From IMG/VR virus record IMGVR_UViG_3300037067_013660, positions 32,001 through 96,000 of that record: 64,000 bases of DNA, one strand, 5' to 3'. Below the pieces are notes generated by a model. That model searched no databases and was not told the origin of the DNA. It saw nothing but the letters and a program-made list of their open reading frames with translations. Both the position numbers and the translations under genes were made by a program. Each line of letters opens with the position of its first letter. Position 1 is the stretch's first letter. The DNA comes from a virus. Taxonomy: Duplodnaviria; Caudoviricetes. This document shows, piece after piece, positions 19,304 to 28,300 of the stretch.

Positions 19304-20730
19304 TACGTTACGTCAAAGTTTACCGCGAGCGACGGATACTCATTGCGCCCGTTCAGTGAAATACGTTCGATCGGCAGCGTTGCGACGTCCAGGCGAGCAA
19401 AACGCGTGAGACGAAACTGCTGTACGCCATCAACACTCGCCTCGACAGCCCGTTGGTATTCGTACGGATCCAATACCGTGACGAACGTACGGGTCGAGGT
19501 CGATGGGTTGTCTGGACTTCGCAGATAACCTTCGGTGAAGGTACGGATGTCGTTGATGACGGAACTGGAATCGGCAGAGGAGAAAACTCTGGTCTCGCCC
19601 GCCACGTAAATGTCGACCGGGTTGGCCAACCGAACCAATACGTCGCTGTCGAACAACCGAACTCTGCCTTGCAGTACTTGGTCGGCCTCGTAGACCGTGT
19701 TGTAGTACTGATAGCTTAACTCCCAGGTCTGGCCTGGCTGCAACGCCGTCGCCAACGTGACGCGGTCGTTTGCTTTCGGCGACCCACGAAACGCTACGTT
19801 GGTATCGACGTCTAGGGAAAATGGAACCGACACACCGTCGACCGCCACGTACTGAACCGACAGCACGGGCTTTCGTTCAAACGTCAGGAACGTTTCGCCG
19901 CCGTCGGCGGTCCCACGCTCTGCTCGGGACAGTACATTATCTGTGATGAGGTAAACGTCGTAACCGAACTTGCCCGACACGTTGGTCAGGCGTTCGAAGT
20001 TAAAGAAATCAGCAGACGACACGATGTTGAAACTGTCGATCCCGGTTGGCGCTACGGTCGCCAGAATTGAATTGACGTGCCCAACGATGTCGGAGTTCAA
20101 CCCCATCATGGAGTTCCAAAGAACGTCGCGTACCTGGAAGGCGTCGGGCGGGTCGTCGCCATTCCGCATGTAGTCGGTATTGACGCAACCATCAAAATCA
20201 TCTTGGAACGTCTGAATCGTCTTGATGGTGTTGGGTGGCAAATTGTAGTCGATACCCGACGCCGTCGCCTCGACGGTTACGGGTATTTCGTAACGGCTGG
20301 CCGTCGTGTTGAAGTACACGTCGGCGATGTCGCCGTTCATTTCATTGCCTTCCGTCACGATGTAATTATAACGCCCATCAGACGTCGACACGACGGTTCC
20401 GACCTCAGCCCTGTAGGTCTGGCCTGCCTCTGGACGAGTACTGCGGAAAAAGTAAACCGTGCCCTGTGCTAACTTCGCGACGTTGGGATCCTTGCCGAAA
20501 TTCAACGCCAACTGAAACAGGTCGTCCTCTCGAATTTGCGACGGGTCGGACAACTGGTAAAGCTGCTGAAGATATGACGAAAGATTCTCGGTGCGGGATC
20601 CCTCGATCGCCATCGCGTAGAACAGGACGGACAGCGGACCTTTCGTTACGTCGATGTTGGGATTGATCCGCTGTAACGACTGCGTCATGGCCGTAAGGTA
20701 GGCGTCGATGTCTCGTGGTGAAGTAGGCAT
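19303..20730 (-). CDS. Baseplate J-like protein
   Basis: 475 aa; 'NPNIDVTKG...L.QLA.NFG...A.GTVYF.R...GTVVST...VEA...G.DYN.PPNTI' J-family pattern. Confidence 0.8.
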   Translation of the reverse strand: MPTSPRDIDAYLTAMTQSLQRINPNIDVTKGPLSVLFYAMAIEGSRTENLSSYLQQLYQLSDPSQIREDDLFQLALNFGKDPNVAKLAQGTVYFFRSTRPEAGQTYRAEVGTVVSTSDGRYNYIVTEGNEMNGDIADVYFNTTASRYEIPVTVEATASGIDYNLPPNTIKTIQTFQDDFDGCVNTDYMRNGDDPPDAFQVRDVLWNSMMGLNSDIVGHVNSILATVAPTGIDSFNIVSSADFFNFERLTNVSGKFGYDVYLITDNVLSRAERGTADGGETFLTFERKPVLSVQYVAVDGVSVPFSLDVDTNVAFRGSPKANDRVTLATALQPGQTWELSYQYYNTVYEADQVLQGRVRLFDSDVLVRLANPVDIYVAGETRVFSSADSSSVINDIRTFTEGYLRSPDNPSTSTRTFVTVLDPYEYQRAVEASVDGVQQFRLTRFARLDVATLPIERISLNGRNEYPSLAVNFDVT

Positions 20731-21215
20731 TAGAGCGGCGTCCCTGTACCTGGCGTACCACCACCAGAAGTTTCGATTTCGGACGGCAACTGGTGGCTCA
20801 GGTCAATGTCGAAACTTACGTCTACGTTTTCGTCGCTGTCCGTCACGCACGCGGCGTAGAACGCAAACGACAAGTCACCCACGGCCCATACGTCAACCGA
20901 CTTGGTCTCGACGATCAATTCTTCGTCGTCGACGTAAGGATCGTCTGCCTGTGCCTCCATCAAACGTTCGATCGCAGATTCCGCCATCGAGCGAATGACG
21001 GTTTCCATTCCCATTTGGTTGTACGCGTAGACGTTGTCATCGATGGTGTAGAACTCACTACCGGTTGGGTACCACGGAGGATCCAAAGGATCGTAGTTGT
21101 TGAGCAACGCCTCGGCCAAATCCTGATTGGATTTTTCAAGACCCGACGCCTGCTGAAACTGTCCGTTGGACATCAGCACCAAATCACCCGCCGCCATTTT
21201 CAACGTAACGCTCAT
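20730..21215 (-). CDS. gp25/GPW-like baseplate wedge (sheath initiator)
   Basis: ATG 21215 (ATGA overlap); 'GDLVL..NG....SG.EK..QDL...LL...YP.GS' pattern; immediately upstream of J. Confidence 0.65.
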   Translation of the reverse strand: MSVTLKMAAGDLVLMSNGQFQQASGLEKSNQDLAEALLNNYDPLDPPWYPTGSEFYTIDDNVYAYNQMGMETVIRSMAESAIERLMEAQADDPYVDDEELIVETKSVDVWAVGDLSFAFYAACVTDSDENVDVSFDIDLSHQLPSEIETSGGGTPGTGTPL

Positions 21216-21745
21216 GGGTAAGACAACAGCACTCGCTTCCAACTACGCCATTCCTTCGTCTGGGCGTCCGTCAATTTGGAAGCGTACTTAGCTCCGGCGA
21301 CGCGATTGATTTTACGCGCCAGTTTGGCACTCGCGACCCTGTTGAGCATCGAGGCGACGCCCCGCGTAAGAGAACTGAGCAACGGGTACATACCGTCAAC
21401 GTACGTGGAGTCGATACCGCCGGACCCGAGGAGGTTATCGCGAAATGAATCAAAGTTGGACACGATGGGTTCCAACTCCGCGATGACCATGTCGAGGTTT
21501 GACACCTGCGTCGCCGCCGCCCTCGCGGTAATGACATCGTAGTCACTCTTGCTCGGGTTGGCGTCCAGCAACAGATCAAGGTAACGGACGGCCTTGCGCT
21601 TTACCTCGCTGCCCGCCAAAATGATGGCGGCCTCGGTGTCGCCCGAGATGGTTTCTTGTTCACCCGTAAGGGCGTTGAAGAATGACGGAGGACTACGTTT
21701 CCGTCCATTGCTGATTTTTCTTGACTGTTCTGCCGTAATGGACAT
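21212..21745 (-). CDS. Hypothetical protein in the baseplate operon
   Basis: 177 aa, GGGGAAG upstream, coupled to the next gene. Confidence 0.6.
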   Translation of the reverse strand: MSITAEQSRKISNGRKRSPPSFFNALTGEQETISGDTEAAIILAGSEVKRKAVRYLDLLLDANPSKSDYDVITARAAATQVSNLDMVIAELEPIVSNFDSFRDNLLGSGGIDSTYVDGMYPLLSSLTRGVASMLNRVASAKLARKINRVAGAKYASKLTDAQTKEWRSWKRVLLSYP

Positions 21746-21768
21746 GCTTCCCCTAAAGAGTAACGATT

Positions 21769-24129
21769 TTAGATGTAGTTTGATATTTCATCGGTAAAGA
21801 AGCCCAGGACAGGCGGCATACAGCCCGATGATTTTGCATCATTTTCGTCAATATTTTCCTTTATGTCCTTGACGTCGCGGAACAATTCCTTAATTGCCTT
21901 CTCCAGTTTGTCCACCATTTCAAGCTTGGCATCGACCGATTTGCTGATGTCGTCCATGACCTGCTGGATCCCCCGCGTTACCGTCGAGGTCGTGGACGTG
22001 ATGGTCTTCTGCAACGTGCCGGTAAATTGTTGTACTGACTCGACCGTTTCCTCCACCGCCTCGGTAGTGGGAAGGTCGTCGAGACTCGGGATACTGTCGA
22101 GTGCGTCGGTCAACGTCGTGGACGCGTCTACGACGCCCTGGGTTTCCTCTGGCGGGCATTTGGTGTTGGCGTCCTTACCCGCACCACAAGGGTTCAGGAT
22201 GCCGCCCAAATCAAAACCCGACAGGCTCTTGAGCAGCGATTGAATGACGCACAGGGGGATCTGCAGCAGCTTCATGGCGGTTTCGAGTGCCGACGTAATG
22301 GTTTCGTCCAGCTCGATCGCCATCTTCTTGAAAAAATCCTTGAGCATCGAGACCGGAATCGCTAGGCCCCCGACCACGTCCTTGATGCTGGGGATCGAGT
22401 TGCCGCCTCCAATACCCAGCCCTTCGCCCACACCAGAAAATACAGCGGCGCCGGTAGACCCTACGCCCGTACCCAACAGACACTTGACCATATCGTTGTC
22501 GAATACGTTGTCGGCTAACGACGCGGCGCTCTGGACCTTGTTCAAGATACTCTTGACGGTCTTTTCAAGCGTCCCCAGCATGGAATCAAACGTGCGGGTC
22601 GCGAACGCCACGCCAGAACTCAAGGCACCGTAGGCCGACTCGATCTTCTTGGCGGGATCAGGCAATCGATCAAACGGTAGGTTAGGCAGATCCGGTACGT
22701 CCGGCATGTTGGGCATATCGAGCTTCAACCGAGAGGACGAGCGGGCGCACGCCTTACCCCTGGTGGCCAACTCTTTGGCGAGCCCGTCGTCGTCCATGGT
22801 TTTCGATACGCTCAACGCCTGCATCGATGCGATCGGTGCTTTGACGCTGTGCCGCATCCCGTTGTCCCGAACCGGTGGCTTCGTCATCATGCGGCGCATC
22901 GCAACGGTACGATCCGTAATCGAAACCTTGTATGGAATTTTGATACCGTCGACCGACAGGTTCAGCAACTCTGTGATCTCGGCGTCCGTGAATTTCAGTA
23001 CGTCCAACAGGTCCAGTTGTTCTACCGTGTAGATGGTAGGGGCGTTGGCGTCGAGCCAGGGTTCTTGCGTCGCTTCACCACCACCCAACACATCGCCTAC
23101 GTACTCCTCAGGTAATCCCCATTTGGCAACGCGCTCGTATGCCACACGCGTCGCCACAATGTTCTCGCCCCAGAATACATAGTGGTTGAAGGAATCGACG
23201 GTGCCGCCGTACTTGATCTGTAAGGCGGCATCGCTGGTATTGACGGCGCGGTAGGTTTCGGTGATGGTAGTGATGGGTTGTAGGGTACCGCATACCCGTT
23301 CGTACGTCGTGCTGGTGATGTTCTGCGTCGTCACGAGCGTCGGCAAATTCAACGAAATCTGTGCAAGGATTTCTCTGAATTTCGTGATGTCCTTGCCCGC
23401 GATGACCCACAGTTTATTCATCGCCACCAAGTTGGTGCCCGACACCACCAGGAGCTTGCTGTTTACGATGACGTACTTGCCACCCTCTTGCAGAAACTTA
23501 GCAGCGTCGGCCGCCGTCTCGATCACCGGAATATCAACGGCCTTGAGGAGATCGCGATAATCTCGATACCCCAGTGGTTTCGCCACGTCGTTGGCGGCCG
23601 ACTCCACCAACGTGATGGACCTGTCTTTACCACCCGACAGATACGTGGTGGCCTGTCCAACCGGAACATCGCCGCCCGTGCCTACCAACGTACCGGTTAC
23701 CAGAGCCGCGACCGCTGGATTGAACATCCAGAAAAACATGTGCCAGTCGGTCGTCAACGTGATGTTGCCGTTCACGTCAGACGCGAGGTACATGTTAATG
23801 GTGTTGCCCGACACTTCGGCCGACGGCCACCGTGCGTTCAGCGACATAGTGGCGGGATTGTAGAGGGGTCCTAGGTAAATATACGATATGTTGATTCGAT
23901 TGCCTGCCCGTCCTGTCGTGACGGCCGTCCATTTGATTTGCGAATCAACCGTAGGCCCGATCGTCACGGACGCCGCGACAGGACTACCTTCAAGGTCCGT
24001 CATGGCGGCCGCGACGTCAACCATCTGCGCTTCGAAATCCTGGCGTACACCATCGAGGTGCTGCTTCAACTGTGCCAGAGCTTCGGCGGCTTCATCACGA
24101 ATTGAACAACTTTGGTAGACAGACGGCAT
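21769..24129 (-). CDS. Hypothetical virion protein
   Basis: 786 aa; N-terminal sheath-like insert 'WTAVTTGRAGNRINISY'; helical/coiled-coil C-terminal half. Confidence 0.55.
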   Translation of the reverse strand: MPSVYQSCSIRDEAAEALAQLKQHLDGVRQDFEAQMVDVAAAMTDLEGSPVAASVTIGPTVDSQIKWTAVTTGRAGNRINISYIYLGPLYNPATMSLNARWPSAEVSGNTINMYLASDVNGNITLTTDWHMFFWMFNPAVAALVTGTLVGTGGDVPVGQATTYLSGGKDRSITLVESAANDVAKPLGYRDYRDLLKAVDIPVIETAADAAKFLQEGGKYVIVNSKLLVVSGTNLVAMNKLWVIAGKDITKFREILAQISLNLPTLVTTQNITSTTYERVCGTLQPITTITETYRAVNTSDAALQIKYGGTVDSFNHYVFWGENIVATRVAYERVAKWGLPEEYVGDVLGGGEATQEPWLDANAPTIYTVEQLDLLDVLKFTDAEITELLNLSVDGIKIPYKVSITDRTVAMRRMMTKPPVRDNGMRHSVKAPIASMQALSVSKTMDDDGLAKELATRGKACARSSSRLKLDMPNMPDVPDLPNLPFDRLPDPAKKIESAYGALSSGVAFATRTFDSMLGTLEKTVKSILNKVQSAASLADNVFDNDMVKCLLGTGVGSTGAAVFSGVGEGLGIGGGNSIPSIKDVVGGLAIPVSMLKDFFKKMAIELDETITSALETAMKLLQIPLCVIQSLLKSLSGFDLGGILNPCGAGKDANTKCPPEETQGVVDASTTLTDALDSIPSLDDLPTTEAVEETVESVQQFTGTLQKTITSTTSTVTRGIQQVMDDISKSVDAKLEMVDKLEKAIKELFRDVKDIKENIDENDAKSSGCMPPVLGFFTDEISNYI

Positions 24130-24135
24130 CGTGAC

Positions 24136-25356
24136 CTACTTCGTTAACTTTACTTCGGTGCTCAAGATGGTGCTGCTGATCGTCGGGACCAAGGCCCCGA
24201 GCGATGCCGATAATCCCGTGAGCGTCGTGATGGTCGCGGGGGCTATGGCGGGGTTCGCCAAGACCGCGATCATTGCGGTCGTGATGGCCTGCACCATCGT
24301 GATGACGGGAACCAACACGTTGGTCGCGAGCGGCGTGCCCAGCACCGCTGGGATCACGGGAGCGGCACCAAACCCAACATCAGCACTGCTGATCCTGATC
24401 TTCGGCGTCGTGATGGTAAGGGACTGGGTAAAGCTTTGGTTACTGGTTTGGGAGATCGTAAGGTCCAGCTTCTTACTCGCGATCTTGACCTCGCCCTGTG
24501 CACCGAAATCCAAGTCAACCAACACCTTGTTGGGATTGGAATTGACCAGCACGGTGTTGAGTTCCTCGTCTACGTCCAGCGTCAATTCACCACGATTCGT
24601 CGCCTCACCGATGACCTTCTGGTAACGAATACGTCGGTTAGTTTTGCCGCTCTTGACTTCATTGCCGCCGTCGTCATAAACATGCCCCTCCCGCGTATGG
24701 ACCATGACGCGGGCTTGGTCGTCGGTCAGGAGGCGCAAATATTCGTACTGGTATTCGTCGTTCTGTTTGATGTATCGTTGTAGTGCGTAGGGTTTCTGTT
24801 GATCTGGCCGTTTCACCAGACCAAAGCGCTCTTCCCGATCCAACGTGTTGGGTACGTGCTGGTCGAGTTGTCGCTTGTGCGTCGGCGCTCGTTGTACCGC
24901 CTCCAGTTCCGTCTGCATCAAGCTCAACTCTACGACGCCGCCGTGAAACTCTATGTTGCCCTCCTCGCTCCAGTGCGTGTAGGCACGGCCCGACGACATA
25001 ATCTCGATCTCACCGGGGCGAAGCTCGCGGTACACTACGGAGTTGTCGTCTTCCTTGGCTCGGCGCGCTAGGTTGCCCAACACGTGCGAAACGTAGCCCC
25101 AGATTTCTCGCTGGGCGGGATCCCGTAACTTCTGCGTCACGACCGACGTGCCGGTCTCGGGCATGCACCGGATCCACGAGTTCACGCCGACGTAGGGGTG
25201 ACGGATCGCGATCGTCGAGGTACCGGCAGAACTCGCAACCTCGATCTTGAGCGTCTCTTTGCCAGGCAACACAGAACGAACGACACCACGCTCTGGTGCC
25301 GCGATGCTCTGGATTTCTTCCTCGCGTTTTGCTGCTTCGCGCAGATCAATCGTCAT
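24136..25356 (-). CDS. Baseplate central spike (gp5/gpV/Mu gp45-like)
   Basis: 406 aa; N-terminal OB-like 'GVVRSV.P....V...P..G..WIRCMPE.GT.V', 'LRPGEIEI.SSG', beta-strand repeats, C-terminal 'PAVLG..L'. Confidence 0.65.
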   Translation of the reverse strand: MTIDLREAAKREEEIQSIAAPERGVVRSVLPGKETLKIEVASSAGTSTIAIRHPYVGVNSWIRCMPETGTSVVTQKLRDPAQREIWGYVSHVLGNLARRAKEDDNSVVYRELRPGEIEIMSSGRAYTHWSEEGNIEFHGGVVELSLMQTELEAVQRAPTHKRQLDQHVPNTLDREERFGLVKRPDQQKPYALQRYIKQNDEYQYEYLRLLTDDQARVMVHTREGHVYDDGGNEVKSGKTNRRIRYQKVIGEATNRGELTLDVDEELNTVLVNSNPNKVLVDLDFGAQGEVKIASKKLDLTISQTSNQSFTQSLTITTPKIRISSADVGFGAAPVIPAVLGTPLATNVLVPVITMVQAITTAMIAVLANPAIAPATITTLTGLSASLGALVPTISSTILSTEVKLTK

Positions 25357-28300
25357 CAGGCACCTGAGGTCTTTTCATTTCCGCGTTTCCGTGGACCTTG
25401 TACTTTACGTTTGGTCTTGGCGTCTAACTTGCGATCAACACGTTCCGCCACCGCCGTATTGTTCGACGCCTTGCCCTGTATCGCCGCCAACGCGGTATCG
25501 TACGCTGTGCGACAATCCTTGATTTGTTTCTTCTTCGTATTGTAACCGTTTGTTTTGCTGGCCTTGAGGCGACAAATCGTGTGGTCGAGGTAGATGCGTT
25601 GTTTCTGTACTGCGTTCGCGACACCACATACAGACGCCCCAGAGTTCTTCGGATCGAAATACACGTAATCGAATTTGTTATGCCAGTCTTCGTAGCGTCG
25701 AGCGTAGTCCTTTATGATCTGCTCCGGCTTGAAAAAGAAAAGTGGATTCGTGTAGACGGACTTACCCTTACCGGGCTCTGTAAAATTCTTGTACTTCTCC
25801 GAAACACTCAGCATGTAATCGGTCGCCTGGTCTACGGTCGTGATGTTTTGTCCCGTCTTATTGTTGATCGTATTGAAGTATGCTTGCCACTGAGACGACA
25901 GTTTGGCACCGTTAGGCGTAGCGCCCGGCCCAGACGTAAGTTTCAACCGCATGGATGTTCGGAGAAACGCCTCGTTGGCGCTTAGGATTTCTTTCCAAGC
26001 AGAAGCATCGGTTTCACCGTGCGTCCTGAGAATCGCGGGTTCCTTCCCAGGTGGGTAAACCTCCAGTTCGTAGTGCAGGTGCACGTTGCTGGTCCCGCTC
26101 TGCCCTACCAGCGCCACGACCTCGTCGGCTGGTGCATCGGCCTCGTTCGGGTAAAATCTACCGTCTCCGTACCAACCACCAGCAGGACGTGGAGCCAGAT
26201 CACCACAGTGCAGATAAGAAACACGACACGCTACCCTGACGTCCGGGCTGTGCGGTAGCGTAACGAAACCGAAACCATGGATCGACAACCCCATGTTGGA
26301 ATTGGACGTACTGATCGGAACGATTACGGACTTGCCCTTGTACTTGTGGGTCGAGAGCTTGTAGTTAAGTCCATACGCTACGTTTTCAACATAATACGTA
26401 ACGTACTTGTTTCCAACACGAGCTTCGTACGTAACGTAAGGGGTTCCGTCGCTATTTCGTTTACATAGATTCAATATGTAGCTTGGTATGGTAGAACCTA
26501 ACTGGTATTCCCATTTTTCGTACCGTTCCTTGGCGTTCAAGTGATTGGAACCAGTATGGTGAACCGCATGAATACCAACCAACGGAATGGGCGTATAGGC
26601 TTTGGTCAAGTTCTTCAGGTTATTGAAATCGACGCCATTATGCCAACGTCCTATTTTGCCGCTGTGGGGTCTGTAGACAACGTACCCATTCTTACCCTTC
26701 ATGCCATCGGTGTGGTTGTGCACATCACCGGTATCGGTCATGAGGCGGAAAAACCCCCATTGGTTGAACGACGCGGGAGAACCAGAGCCAGAGCCCTGGA
26801 CATTAGCGTCGTACACACCGTAGGGCCAAGGATTATGCAGGCGACCGTAAGCGGATTTGGTCGTCTTGTCTTGTTTGCCGTCCGTTGGTCCACTGGCGAC
26901 CTGTACGCCCGTGCCGCTCAACTGTACGGCGCTAATGGGCTGGCCTTTGTTCTCGACCCTGCGGACCGTACGGGATCCTATGAGGCCCTGACTCGGATCG
27001 TTAGGTCTCTCGATGACGTCGCCCGCGACACCAGAGGTCTGTACGTTGTACTTGGCGGCACCAGTAAACGAGGCGTCAATCTGATCCCCGTAACTATTGG
27101 CTGCCTCAAGATAGCGGTCCTGTATGTAGGTGCCGCACGCGTAATTCGTCTTGGTCTTGGGGAAACCGCCGATTATGTCCTTCACGTTTCGGTTTAACTC
27201 TCCTGACAGGACTTTGGTGCCCATGGCGGCCGATACTTTGCCCTCCTGTGGTCCGTACTTGACGTCTTGCTTAACGTCGCCGGAATACCAACTGCTGTAG
27301 TCAACGGGCATCCGTACGCCGCCGATCCCCATGAAACTGAAGGCGCCGTCACGTCGTATCCCCCGAATGTAGTGCAGTTCGCTTTGAGAACTGCACTCAC
27401 CCCCGACCGACATCGAGTAGTTGATGGTCCGAGTAAGACCGATGCGCTGACGATGCAACACATGGATGGGACGATTGGGCAGTAGGTAAGGCCGAAACTC
27501 GTGCGTTACCGACATGGTTTCGATCTTGCCCAACTCCCGCTGCATCTGTAGCAAACCAAACGCCAGCAGGGCGCTCAGGGGTTTGCCTGGACCTCGGTCA
27601 TCATACACGGCACCAACGCCCGGCAGCGACATCTTGATCTTCTTGACCTTGGCGCCGATACGACTCGTCAGCATCGGCGCCACCAACACCGCCTTCTTGA
27701 ATATGTTTTCCGCGAAAAACTCATTCGTCACATCGTCGACGATACGTTCGTTCTCACTGCCGGTCAAAACCCACGCGGTATTGATCTGTGACTCATTCGT
27801 AGACACACGACAGTTGCGAAGTCCCCGCGCCACCGTGTAGGCGCCGGAGAACACACCACCAAAGTCGCTAGGAACCGCGTTGTAGTGCGGAAACTCAAAC
27901 GCTAGGTCGCCGACGGGCGTGACGAAGAACTGGTAGTCCAGTAGTTCGCAGATTTCGTTCAGCAGGGCAAGACGGGAGCTATACTCGAAGCTCCTGACTT
28001 CTCCGGCGTTATGGGTGATGTCCTGCTGCACGATGGTGCTGGCACCAGTTCCGTTTTCTGGCAGGAGTAAGTGAACGAAACAATGGGACGGAGAGAACGG
28101 ACCTTTGTTAACGTCGAACTCCGTGATGGTGCCGTTCCCCATCTCCGTGACTTCCTCGTACGTCATGGGGCGGCCCAACACACCAAACACCATCGCGTGG
28201 TTCCACGATTCCAACTTACTGGTATTGTAGAGACCGACGTTCCACTCGTACCCAGGGCTCGTGAGCAGGTGCGTCAGCGTCAACCACATGACCGCGTTCT

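Noticed and set aside
24131-24625. Hydrophobic 164-aa plus-strand ORF resembling a membrane protein
   Set aside because: Antisense to the spike gene; the hydrophobicity follows from reverse-complement codon bias. The same applies to most other short plus-strand ORFs in the track.
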